40,671 nucleotides of DNA from positions 1 through 40,671 of the forward strand of contig JAQGDQ010001444.1 of the NCBI GenBank assembly GCA_030141605.1, given 5' to 3'. Source of the stretch: Tubiluchus corallicola. Taxonomy: Eukaryota > Animalia > Priapulida. Shown here in pieces: positions 1 to 11,486 of this stretch. The position numbers and the translations under genes were made by a program. Each line of letters begins with the position of its first letter. Within the stretch, counting starts at the first letter, position 1. The notes beneath the pieces were generated by a model, which was not told the DNA's origin, searched no databases, and was given only the letters and a program-made list of their open reading frames with translations.

Positions 1-5
1 AAGTA

Positions 6-976
6 CCGTAAAACGGGGTGAGTTCGCCACTTTTTAGGGGTATTTTTTTACGTTTCCTGCCATAGCAAGAGAATTAGCCAACCGATTTTCTTAGTTCAAG
101 CTTTATATTGCCCTTCGAATAAAACACTATCGTGGGGTGAATTCGCCACTAACAATTTAACACTGTTTAATGCCATTCTAGGCAGCTGAAGTTAACTGAT
201 TGTGATTGGCTGGTTGGGGGTGAGTTCGCCACCCTATGAAAAAATTATAAAAAATGTCTAGTTTTAGTTTTCAAATAGAAACTTCTACGTTGGCAAGGAA
301 GGCTTGAACGTCTTGTGCACTGATCTTATTGCGGGCGCCCTTGACGTTGCCAGCCACTCTGAAAACCAGATTGTTCCTTCGGGCGAATGATTTGACAAAG
401 TCTATTCCAGGGGTGTTTGCCTTGAATCGTCGTTCCTGGATTCCCTTCGCGTCAAGAACACTCTTAATCAGTAGTCGGAGATCGATTGCAGTCATTGGGA
501 ACCCCCACTCAGCGGCCACTTGGAGTGTTGCCGATTTCGTGCTCCTCAGAGGCGGAGAACACTGACTGACCTCTGGTCTTCCGCGGATGACTTCCTGAGG
601 GTTTGTCAGAAAGGGTCTTTCTTGGAACTCCGAATTGCCTCGCCGCTGGGCTGATTGTCCTGTTGGTATTCTTGACGGCATGTAGGGCAGCTTCCAGAGC
701 TTCTGGGGTATAATTTTGGTATCTATGACCCGGTACAGGGGTGCAGGTGCGTGGCATGTTAAGTAGCAAGAAATAGTAGACAAATAATATGTAGCGCAGA
801 ATGGAATACTTCTAGTGCGAATTGAAAGAAGATAACTGTCGCAAACTGTTTATAATGACGGTGATCATGATATCTGTTCATTAAACACTGAACAATAGTT
901 ACAGCAAACCTACAATGGCCATTACGTAAGGGGTGGCGAACTCACCCTCGGGTGGCGAACTCACCCCGTTTTACGG
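6..976 (-). mobile_element. pogo/Tigger-like non-autonomous DNA transposon, copy 1 (971 bp)
   Basis: TIRs CCGTAAAACGGGGTGAGTTCGCCAC at 6 and reverse complement ending 976; TA on both flanks (4-5, 977-978); internal repeats of GGGGTGA(G/A)TTCGCCAC; near-identical inverted copy at 5133-6103. Confidence 0.92.
271..757 (-). pseudogene. truncated pogo-like transposase (Psq-type HTH plus CENP-B-type HTH, no DDE domain), frameshifted
   Basis: MPRTC..YTPEALEAALHAVK..SPAARQFGVPRKTLSDK resembles HTH_psq; continues in another frame as AAEWGFPMTAIDLR..FKANTPGIDFVKSFARRN (CENP-B HTH-like); stops at EVSI*. Confidence 0.8.
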
Positions 977-978
977 TA

Positions 979-1248
979 TCTCCCTTTCTTCCCCTTGCTC
1001 TCTCTTGAACTCTCACTCTCTCTCCCTTCCTCCCCCCTCTCTCTCTGTCTTTCTCCACTCTCTCTCTCTTCCTCCCCCTAGAGCTCTCTCTCTCTATTTC
1101 TCTCTGTTTTCCTTCCTCTCTCTCTCTCTCTGTTTTCTTTCCTCTCTCTCTCTCTCTCTCTCTCTCCCTTCCCCTTGCTCTCTCTTGCACTCTCACTCTC
1201 TCTCCCTTCCTCCCTCTCTCTTTTTCTTCCCCCCTCTCTCTCCCTCTC
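979..1248. repeat. CT-rich polypyrimidine microsatellite
   Basis: (CT)n/(CTCC)n tract with an internally duplicated block, abutting the transposon TA. Confidence 0.9.
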
Positions 1249-3785
1249 AAAAGTTTTGCAGGCAATGCACAGTAAGAAAGATTGGCAGTGAGAGAACAGG
1301 CAGTGGAAAAATCAACCAATGTTTTATTTAGAACGGTCAAGTGGATCCCAGAACATTGCAAGGAATTAGAATCAAATTAAAATAAACAATAATTTAAAGA
1401 ACCCGAAATTTATCTTAGTGCAAATTTGCAAAAATTATTTCTTAGGCCAGAGGTCATGCTACAATGTAGGCTAGGCATAATTTTTTTTGGAAAAAACTTT
1501 TCTTCAAATCTCCATCAGTGTCCCAGTACCACAAACTTGCTTATAACATTTTAGCAATTAATTATAATAACTAAGATCCATAATAACAGAATTCATTCAC
1601 TGGAATTGTTCAGATTACAATATTAGGAAAGTATTAAAAATGACAAACTTTTCCACATGCACACATTACTTACAAAAGAACAAGGACTTTTCCTAAAATT
1701 CAGGACAGAACCAGGATAAATTTTGCCAGAGTTATACACATATGTATATAAATATAAAAATATATAAAAAATTTATATTGTATTATGCATTTAACCCTTT
1801 TACATCTCTGTACAAACTGGTAAGATAAAACCGTCTCTCATAAAATTAACTAGAGCTTTATTTAAGGTTTCTTCTTTTTTTTAAAAATATGCCGTTTTTG
1901 GTACATGTATTAAGAACGTAACTATAATTGATCGTGTTGTATATATATACTCTTATATCATGATACAGTGCAGAACTATCAGCCTGCAAATAGAGGCCTT
2001 GCATGTATATGTATATAGTATATGATTTGTCATCATCATCATCTGTCGCAGTTCTATTCGCTCTATTCACTGCCCTGTTTTTTTCACACAATATTTACAT
2101 TTTACGTGACAAATGTAAGACGCCCATTATATGATTAATATGACTTGCACTTGCTGGTTTACAAAAGGTATCACACATCAACACAGTTGGCTTACCTTTT
2201 GCACCTAGACGCTTGTAATATAAACGTCCTTCTTTGTCTGCTTTGGAAAATGCTGCAATATCGCACAAGTCTTTTTCATTGAAGCGCATTCCCGGGTTGT
2301 TACGCTAAAGAAAGCACCTCTTTCACAATCTGGGCGGATACAACACGGCACCTAAAATGGTAAATATCATAATATAATACATTAGAGTAGCTCAAATTAC
2401 ACTTCCGAGAAGTTTTTTAACAACGAAAGTCATATAGTATGCATCGATTACAGGGTTTGAAGATAGAGTGACCATTGACCACCCGTCCAAATTTTACTGG
2501 ATCCATTTCACTTCCTTGCAATGAAGTGGCTTAAAGTAACAATAATAAATCTATTTATGAATAATATTTGAAAATTTACTAGACGAAGAAACACTTCTTA
2601 CCAGGTGGAAACATGTGTAAACGTTGCCTTTTCAATAACAATAACACACGATACAACACTAGTTACTGAAGCGATAAGTTCAGCGTCGGCAGTGCCATCT
2701 GTGAGCGGATTTATTTCAATTCAATTTTATTGCACAAATCTTCAATTATAAGAGTATATGGGCAAATTCTATATCTCTATTAAGGACACATTATTAAAAA
2801 AAAACACTAGTGAAAATCAGAATTTCAGAGTGCTTATCATGGATTATGAAAACGTTTTTTACTGCTGCAGATTTGCAAAAGAAAATTAATGGCAAAATAC
2901 ACTAATTTAACAGTGAGCGCCTTTAAAAAATTTATGTTTTCGTACTTAGAACCTTGTGCTAACAAAAGATATCTCACTTCTCAAACAAAATGTTCTCTTA
3001 AGATGGACTTGGCAGCTTATTTCTAGGACTCCAGCTGTTTTTGTGTTACTATCCCTATCCAGTCTTTACACCCAGCATTTTGTTATGTTTTACAAAGAAT
3101 GCACCTTCTATATTAAAGGAAAGTGGTGTTAACAAGACCCTGGCATAGCAATGTCTAATTTTTTACTGCGTTACTGCTATGTTTACCTGTTTTGAGGGCA
3201 AATTTCGTTTTCCTGCCCAATATAGCTAATTGGCTTATGATGGTGACTGGCAATGTCGGGTAAAGATTTCTACGATAGTTGCAGACTATATGTAACAGAG
3301 ATGACATTATATTTTTTTTTGAAAAGCAATAGAACATTTAATTCTTGAAACAAGCTGACATGTGATTTAGAAGAACTGTGAAATACAGGATAAAACAATA
3401 ATGTAATAATAATAGTTACATTATCTCTTTCTCTTAATTCTCACTTAACACAGAAATGAGTTGAAACAAAATTCTTAATCAAGCATTTTTGTAACAGAAT
3501 AGTTGAACGAGGGTTATATCACTGATGTCAACTAAGTTTTATCACACTGATGTTAAATCCATGTTATGCTGGCAAATTTTTTATAATACAAAATGGCAGC
3601 ATTTAATACTAGCATTCACTATTTTAAAAAAGTCATGCTTATGGACTAACACCTAAAAAATTGCATCAGAATGAAAATTTGTTAGAAATTTTGGTTTTTT
3701 GGCAGAGAGTTAGAGAAATGTTTCATTTCTCTTAGTTTAGAAGAGAAGCATTGTGTAGTAGTTTGCCTTCATTTATTGTAACATT

Positions 3786-3936
3786 ACTACGGCCAAATCA
3801 CGTTGAAAACACCGGGTCTCGTCTGATCAATGCCTGGTTAGTGCTTGGATGGGTGACCTCCTAGGAATACCAGGTGCAGTAGGCTTGCCGGATGTCCACA
3901 CTGTATCTCGACACTAGGCAGAGGAGCTGCACAAGC
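3786..3936 (+). mobile_element. 5S rRNA-derived SINE (SINE3-type), degenerate fragment
   Basis: TACGGCCAAATCACGTTGAAAACACC..GGAATACCAGGTGCAGTAGGCTT matches 5S with the box A region deleted, followed by the body start (CACACTGTATCTCGACACTAGG) seen in the other three copies. Confidence 0.85.
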
Positions 3937-5132
3937 TTATAAAGCTACAAGTTTATAGACAGAGCATAATGGATGACGTCAGAACAATGGCTTTGCATCA
4001 GCAGTTTTCCAAGCGAAAATTGCCAAAAATAGAACATCTAACTAATTCGTCAGTACTCCTTTTGGTGGACATGTCCTAAAATATAGCCCACACCATCGTG
4101 TAGCCCTGTTTTTCCGCTTTCTAAAGAGCTACATATCTCCTTCCGACAGTCCCACCAGGCGCCGCTAAAACGTTTTTTCCGCTGTTTCGTCAAAATTTCG
4201 AAAAAAATCCGTGTCGGAGAGTTGTGTCCGGGAAAACGCCCGTTGACCTCTCGCAAATTCTAAATACACCTATGACACACACCGATTAACGGGCTATCTA
4301 TCCATAGCCAGCACCACCCATGGCCCGTTCCCGAGTTCCAGATTTCAGACGTATAACTTTTGCAAAAAACGGCCGAAAATGGCCATTTTGGAGGTATGAG
4401 CAACTGCGTGTGCCGTTTTCAAGAATCATCACTTTTCCTGGGAATAATTGATGCAGAAATTGTCCCTTGTCTTCTTTTTTTACATGCACAGCTTCCTTAA
4501 AATTCTTGGTCAATTTTCTGCACAAAAGTCACTTACATTTAACCATCGAACTTGAATCTTTTTTGTGCAATTGAATGCATAAGATTTATACAATCTACAA
4601 CTCAGTTTGCATGCACATCTGCTAGCTTCGAAACAGAGGACATAGGTTATTAACTGCATGTGTGTGAGGGTGTGTGTTTGTAGAGAGGGGGAAGGCGAAC
4701 TGCCAAGGTATCAATATTCTTCATAGATCATTATCTGGCTTTAGCTTTTAGGATCACTATCTGGCATTGGCTTTTAGGAATAAGTTTGCAAACTATAAAT
4801 AATGATCCACCACAGTTGAAATATGACAGGAAGCTGTGCAATCGATTTTATAACTTGGGCATAGAACCATCTTGTTGCAATATCTTTGCTTGCTGGGAAG
4901 AAAAAAAACAACATCAGCACTACTAACTATTTATTCACTAACAAATGCTGTAAGCATATCAATATAAGGACATACAAAGTTCGATAATTGTGATTATACC
5001 AAGTTATTTGGTAGAAAAGTTGGAATAATAGTGTCTCATTATAATGGCATAATGCAGAAGTCAGGTTCATTTTGTCATTGTTACATTTCTCTTGCAGTGT
5101 TTATTTTGGAGCGCATTGTAAAATATATAATA

Positions 5133-6103
5133 CCGTAAAACGGGGTGAGTTCGCCACCCGAGGGTGAGTTCGCCACCCCTTACGTATTGGCCATTGTAGG
5201 TTTGCTGTAACTATTGTTCAGTGTTTAATGAACAGATATCATGATCACCGTCATTATAAACAGTTTGCGACAGTTATCTTCTTTCAATTCGCACTAGAAG
5301 TATTCCATTCTGCGCTACATATTATTTGTCTACTATTTCTTGCTACTTAACATGCCACGCACCTGCACCCCTGTACCGGGTCATAGATACCAAAATTATA
5401 CCCCAGAAGCTCTGGAAGCTGCCCTGCATGCCGTCAAGAATACCAACAGGACAATCAGCCCAGCGGCGAGGCAATTCGGAGTTCCAAGAAAGACCATTTC
5501 TGACAAACTCTCAGGAAGTCATCCGCGGAAGACCGGAGGTCAGCCAGTGTTCTCCGCCGCTGAGGAGCACGAAATCGCCAACACTCCCAGTGGCCGCTGA
5601 GTGGGGGTTCCCAATGACTGCCATCGATCTCCGACTAGTGATTAAGAGTGTTCTTGACGCGAAGGGAATCCAGGAACGACGATTCAAGGCAAACACCCCT
5701 GGAATAGACTTTGTCAAATCATTCGCCCGAAGGAACAATCTGGTTTTCAGAGTGGCTGGCAACGTCAAGGGCGCCCGCAATAAGATCAGTGCACAAGACG
5801 TTCAAGCCTTCCTTGCCAACGTAGAAGTTTCTATTTGAAAACTAAAACTAGACATTTTTTATAATTTTTTCATAGGGTGGCGAACTCACCCCCAACCAGC
5901 CAATCACAATCAGTTAACTTCAGCTGCCTAGAATGGCATTAAACAGTGTTAAATTGTTAGTGGCGAATTCACCCCACGATAGTGTTTTATTCGAAGGGCA
6001 ATATAAAGCTTGAACTAAGAAAATCGGTTGGCTAATTCTCTTGCTATGGCAGGAAACGTAAAAAAATACCCCTAAAAAGTGGCGAACTCACCCCGTTTTA
6101 CGG
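5133..6103 (+). mobile_element. pogo/Tigger-like non-autonomous DNA transposon, copy 2 (971 bp), with the same truncated frameshifted transposase (5352-5838)
   Basis: Same TIRs, TA flanks at 5131-5132 and 6104-6105, same length as copy 1, few substitutions. Confidence 0.92.
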
Positions 6104-6294
6104 TATAACTGATTTACTACAAAATTCTGGAATTAACTAATTTATATGTGCTGTCTGCTGTTTTTTGTCATAACATGATCAGCTACCAGGTTTTAACAGG
6201 CTAAGTCATCATAGCTTTGTTTATAAACTCATGATAATTTAAAGATTGAAATGATGACTTTTTTTACAATATTAGCAAACTTTACTACTTAACT

Positions 6295-7465
6295 CAGAAT
6301 GCAGGCAACCTTGAAATTATTTTTGTTGTTAAATATAACTTAATAGCATCCACTAGCAATATCTTAGCATCTATCAACTCTTCAAACGTCAAATATAATA
6401 AAAATGAAGTGGACAAATACATCAAAGTTTTATGGAGTAGAAAAATACATGTAAAGCAGTTGACCGGTAATCCACGAGAGTTAATTCCTGTATTCACAAC
6501 ACCATTAGATATCACAGTCAGTAAATATGACAGATTTATAGAAACAAGTGCGTTAGCTCTTCTACTTGGAAGAGGTTGCAAATCATTTAAATACAGGATA
6601 GGTATGACTGATTCAAATCTGTGTGATTGCGGTTTGGGCTGTCAAACCCCAGAACATTTTTTATTTTTTATTGTCCGTTACCATTTGTTAGACAAGATAT
6701 AAGAGTAAATCTCGAACGCAGCTTAGAAAATAATGACATTCGAAACATTTACAGAAAGAGAGACACTAATGTAATTAAAATGTATATAGATATTGTAAAA
6801 GAACTAACATAAAATGATCTTATAGTAAATTGATTACACACTGTTTATAAATATTGGATATATATTTAGAAAAGTAAATCCTAATGTAAAAAATTGTCAG
6901 CTTGTTTAGTGAGAAATTTATTTAATGTACATAGTGTATAGACTTACCGTATTTTCCCATGTATAAGAGACCCTTGTGTATAAGAGACCCCTTCAATTTT
7001 TAGGCAAAAATTCTGGAAAAAAGTTTTTTGGTAATGAATAACTTTATTCATCATAGAAATCATTAAATTCCTCATCACTCTCATCAAAAATATCAACTGG
7101 AGTCAGACCTTCAGCAATTCCAGCCAGTTCATCATCAGAGGAGTCACTCTGCTCAAAAATGGCATTGTCCTCTGTGCCGTCCATGGCATTGGAGATGCCA
7201 CACACTTCTTGATAGATTTAATAATGACCTCTGGCTTTACACCATTCCATGCCTTGAGGACCCAGCTGCAGACTTCTCCAAGGGTTGGCTTACTCCCATG
7301 TATAAGAGACCCCCTATTTTTAAAGTGAAAATTCTGAGCAAATAAGGGTGTCTTATACATGGGAAAATACGGTATTTAGCATTTTGTACTTTTGTGCCCT
7401 GCAAATAGAGGGCTTCTTGTATAATTTTCAATAAAGATTTTTAGTTAATTGTTAATAATAATAAT
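6295..7465 (+). mobile_element. non-LTR retrotransposon 3' end (C-terminal Cys/His knuckle, 3' UTR, AATAAA and TAA tail), interrupted by a MITE
   Basis: YRIGMTDSNLCDCGLGCQTPEHF motif; paralogous uninterrupted copy at 27832-28308; 5' boundary approximate. Confidence 0.75.
6947..7372 (-). mobile_element. pogo/Tigger-derived MITE (426 bp) retaining the transposase C-terminus
   Basis: TIRs CCGTATTTTCCCATGTATAAGA; TA TSD at 6945-6946 and 7373-7374, confirmed by the empty site in the paralogous LINE at 28224-28225; remnant EVCSWVLKAWNGVKPEVIIKSIKKC followed by an acidic tail. Confidence 0.9.
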
Positions 7466-8214
7466 ATCAACTCTTCTGAGGGAGATTTAAATGTCTTTCT
7501 CTCCACAGCAATTACAGTTATCCAGTAGTGATTATTCTTTGATAATAATAATGTTGATCCATTGGCATATTTCACATACATCATGATTTGGTCGATTGTT
7601 ATGCATGTATAAGTTGTTGTAAAAGATATACAATTTGAGTTGAGCTGAATTAACTCTCTATATACATTATTATGGTACAGAGTGCAGAGTTTACTGCAAC
7701 CTGTTCAATAAAGAAAAGCTTGCTGTACAGTAAACATGAATGTGCAAAATTCAGAATGTCAACTCAGCATAATCAGTTGTTGAAAAGAACATAAAAAACT
7801 TGCACAAACACTCAGTCAACAGTTCAGAAAAAGCTCTAAAAGCATTGTTCATTAGTATAAAAACAATGTACAAAATTACAATGTTGGCTGTACAATAGTC
7901 ATTATTGTAGTACATAAATAGAGATTCAATAATATGCACACTATTGGCCAGTTGCTCGCTTTTATCAAATGCTACATGCAATTCATTTTTGTCTTTGGGT
8001 GCCTGTTTCATTTAAATTTTTATAGAAGTGTAAAATTTCAGATATAATTTATTTATATCGCTAAAATGTCTTAACCACTAATCATGTTGTTAGAGCTTAA
8101 ATGCGAGAAAATTTTTAACAAGTTCACTTGTTATTATGTCCTTTGGTTTATTTGCCAGGTCCTGCAAGCTGCTTTACATTTCTCGCAATCTCAACTTTCA
8201 CATAAACTATATGA

Positions 8215-8491
8215 AAGTTTGATTATCATTTATTTGTATCAATAGGATATTGGTGTTAAACACAAAAACATAGCATAAAATTTAATGATCTAATTGTAAA
8301 GAATTGCTTAAAAGCAAATCATTTCTACAAATGTACATACATATGTCACACTTGAAGTTTGATTATCATTTATTTGTATCAATAGGATATTGGTTAAACA
8401 CAAAAACTTAGCATAAAATTTAATGATCTAATTGTAAAAAATTGCTTAAAACAAATCATTTCTACAAATGTACACACATATGTCACACTTG
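8215..8491. repeat. direct tandem duplication, two units of about 140 bp
   Basis: AAGTTTGATTATCATTTATTTGTATC...GTCACACTTG at 8215-8354 and 8355-8491 with few differences. Confidence 0.9.
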
Positions 8492-8895
8492 ATATTCTTT
8501 AAACTTATTATGTTAATTGAAATTTAAAGCTCAAGTTTTGTTTTAAAACGTTTATATTAATACACTAAGCGTAAAAACTAAACTTATACAATTCACGAAC
8601 ATTCACAAATGTTTTCATTAAACAGGCAGTTTGCTCAAACAAACCAAGATGTTTTCAAAATTTGTTCCGGTTTTGCAGAGGGTCCAGAAAATACTGTAGC
8701 GGAAAATAGTGTGAGAAGATTAGCATTCATTCCAAGCATGCATTCGTTCTCAGAATGTTCTATTCTTTAGTTTTTTGTTCATTTTTTCGAAAATGTGATA
8801 CATTAGCGATTGGTTTAGTAGTTACAATACATTTTGCAATTGCCACTGTTGTGAAAAAATGAAATATTAATGAACATGTTGAAATTATATAACAA

Positions 8896-9967
8896 CTACA
8901 AAATTAAGCACATCCATTCTGATGTTTTATTCCTGTCAGGGTGGCCACTCCTTTCATGGAAAGTATTTCTCCTTGAATGCATGTGTGCATTATTGCAAAA
9001 GGCTGAGTTGTAATGGCTTTCTTCTTCCACCGCGAAGTTGTAACTTCTAATGTGCATATGTGGATGTGCTCCCTGCTTTAAGCCATATCCATTGTTGGGG
9101 GGAGCACATGTATAAAGTGGTGGTTTTGGACGGCTTTCACATTGTCTTTGAAAGACATCATTTCTAGAGTACATGCGTGGGTTTGCTTCTCCGATCTCGA
9201 CAAATTCATTGCTTATACGAGTAGCTAGAATAGGTTGGGTATCAACTCTGCTAAATTCAACACTGACAGTTTTACATGGGACTGATTTTTGGTGACTTGG
9301 TGGTTTTGTTTCCAGGGAGACATTCCTAGTATGCACGAAGGCATCTGCTGCCTCAAATCTACCAAAACCTATGTTATTGTCACCTATGTAGAAACCAAAT
9401 GTAACGTGATCCCATCTACAGTATTTCTCATCAAGTATTCCACATTTTTTGTCCACAGAAACATTATATTTTGAGAGCATAGAGTCTGGCTTCCATATCC
9501 ATGTTTCGGCAGTTTCTGCACTGAGATAAACCATGCTGTTTTTTTTTACCTTTGGATAATTGTCAAATTCTTTAATACCTTGGGGGTGTATGACTATGAC
9601 ATGCATCACCTGTTGCTTATATAGAAATGCTCCCAACACCTTCAGGCTTGGCAGCTTACCCCCGCAGCATGCCATACCATATTTGGTTATTAAATCGGAT
9701 AGTTTGTAGCTGATTACATAATTTCCATATCTTGAACTGTGACGTCTAAATACAGGTGAGCAGCAATAGTCATTTATTTTTGAGTCTGTTAATTTGTAGG
9801 TGATGTCTATGCTCCACCAAGAAAGATTTCCAAAGTTGCGTTTCCGTTTTCCTATGAATTTTCCTTCCTTGGTTATCTTTAGCAAGGCATGCAGATTTGT
9901 ATCATGTCTCAAATTTGTAAATTTAAATTCTAGTGAGTGATGTATAGCTGGGTATTTAATATTCCAT
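8896..9967 (-). CDS. putative endogenous viral ORF2 (unknown, possibly matrix-like); natural start appears shifted by one base
   Basis: Intronless open frame of more than 338 codons directly downstream of the N-like ORF and a gene-junction-like motif; contains PPLY (PPxY); no family recognised by eye. Confidence 0.55.
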
Positions 9968-9969
9968 TC

Positions 9970-9990
9970 ATGTGTTTTTTTTTCTAAAAT
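9970..9990 (-). promoter_or_regulatory. putative mononegavirus gene-end/polyadenylation plus gene-start junction
   Basis: Sense strand ATTTTAGAAAAAAAAACACAT between the two ORFs; similar ATTTTCGAAAAAATGAACA at about 8776-8794 after ORF2. Confidence 0.55.
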
Positions 9991-10033
9991 TAAGTTGAAG
10001 TTGCAATCACAGAAAAATACTGGTATTCTTTAT

Positions 10034-11293
10034 TTATAGGTCATACTCATCTTCTGATTTTTGATCAGGTACTTCTCTTGTCCTTATCCCTCTTCCTCGT
10101 CTTAAGGTGCTGTACGTCTTGTCGATGCTTTTCTCTAATCCCATATCTTCAAGGGATGCCGCGGCCTTATCTGGGCCTTCCAAAAAGGCTTCCATGCCAT
10201 CTCTGCGAAGATTTTTGCCTACATATCGAGCAAACTTTTTTATTCGATCTGACACATCCGGTGCTTTGTAGTTCCAGATATAATTCCTTTCATCGACTAA
10301 AACATCTGGGTCAGAAATAATGTGCATTAATACTGTTGTTAAAACTTTGTTTCTTGCAGGACTAAGAGTTAAGAAGGCATTTTTGCAGAAGATTTTTGCG
10401 TAAATATAATCCACCTTCTCAGAGTCGACATATGTTTCCAAAAAATCTTTAAGACTTTCTAAATCTCCGTCGTCTAAATGTCCATCGGTCCAGAAGGATG
10501 TTATTTTTCTCACAAGCGTATTAGTGTCGAAGCCAGTCACATCGCAGGCTTCAGCTAGGAATTTTGGAAGAGCTAAAGAGGCCCATGCCAGATGTCTCAT
10601 TACTGAAAAGACAATTAAAGTATAGAGACCAGCTATTCTTTCTTGTTTTTTTTCTTGAACAATTTGAAGCCCATAGACTATGAGTGCTTGAGCTAGGTTG
10701 TCAGGTTCTGAAAAAGCAGAATGCATTGACAGAACTTCATCTTCTGTGAGAGTTAATGTTAAAATTTGGTAGGTAGGAAGGATATTTTTCATGGAACTCT
10801 GAATACCATGGGAGAATATTTTTCTCAGAACTTTTGGTGGATTGCCGGCACATCTGGTGAGGACCATAATAAGAAATCCAAGAGAGTCTAAGAATGATTG
10901 ATGAGTCTGAAAGCATTCTGTTCCTTTAAAGTAGTGCTCTATTTTTCTCCAAGAATCTGAGTGTAATGTTTGATCAGAGGCCCCAGTTAATCGACCATAC
11001 TGAGTTTTGAGCTCAGCAATTCTTAAGGTTATGCGCTCCGTGTCAAATTTAGCATCTGGAATCCATTCTTCTAGCTGTCTCCTAATGGAGGTGTTGACAA
11101 AGCTCCATTCTCGGCCTACTACCCAGGCACCCAACACGGCTCCTGCGTTTTGGGCGTGCTCTCTGATGAGCGTCATTTTTAGAGCTGTTTCTAGCCAATC
11201 ATAAGATCCTTCTATTGAGGAGAACCTGTTTGGGATTTCGTTGCTCGACCACTTGACATTCCCTACATCAAAAATTACATCAAATTCCGCCAT
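10034..11293 (-). CDS. endogenous viral element: Mononegavirales (rhabdovirus-like) nucleoprotein-like ORF, 419 aa
   Basis: Intact intronless ORF from ATG GCG (MAEFDVIFDVGNVKWS..); N-typical size; RHLAWASLALPK and YIYAKIFCKNAFLTLSPARN recall the conserved C-lobe motifs of cyto/nucleo/varicosa-type rhabdoviral N; charged C-terminal tail. Confidence 0.72.
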   Translation of the reverse strand: MAEFDVIFDVGNVKWSSNEIPNRFSSIEGSYDWLETALKMTLIREHAQNAGAVLGAWVVGREWSFVNTSIRRQLEEWIPDAKFDTERITLRIAELKTQYGRLTGASDQTLHSDSWRKIEHYFKGTECFQTHQSFLDSLGFLIMVLTRCAGNPPKVLRKIFSHGIQSSMKNILPTYQILTLTLTEDEVLSMHSAFSEPDNLAQALIVYGLQIVQEKKQERIAGLYTLIVFSVMRHLAWASLALPKFLAEACDVTGFDTNTLVRKITSFWTDGHLDDGDLESLKDFLETYVDSEKVDYIYAKIFCKNAFLTLSPARNKVLTTVLMHIISDPDVLVDERNYIWNYKAPDVSDRIKKFARYVGKNLRRDGMEAFLEGPDKAAASLEDMGLEKSIDKTYSTLRRGRGIRTREVPDQKSEDEYDL

Positions 11294-11486
11294 TAGTGGA
11301 ACGAATCTCTTCAACAGTCAAGACACGTCTGGACTTTTCAACTTCAAATTTGTTGGTGTTGTTTTTGGTCAAATAGAATCCTTTATTCTAACAATGTTGC
11401 AACATCAATCCACTTGTCCCATCTCAAATGCATTTTAGGATAGAAGAGTTCAGTTGCCCCTCTACGCATTGACCCGCAGCACTTTT

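Noticed and set aside
933-1361. S/L-rich and R/E-rich ORFs
   Set aside because: Products of the CT microsatellite
7751-8011. Third viral ORF downstream of ORF2
   Set aside because: Short, AT-rich, no recognisable motif, and separated from the EVE by a tandem duplication
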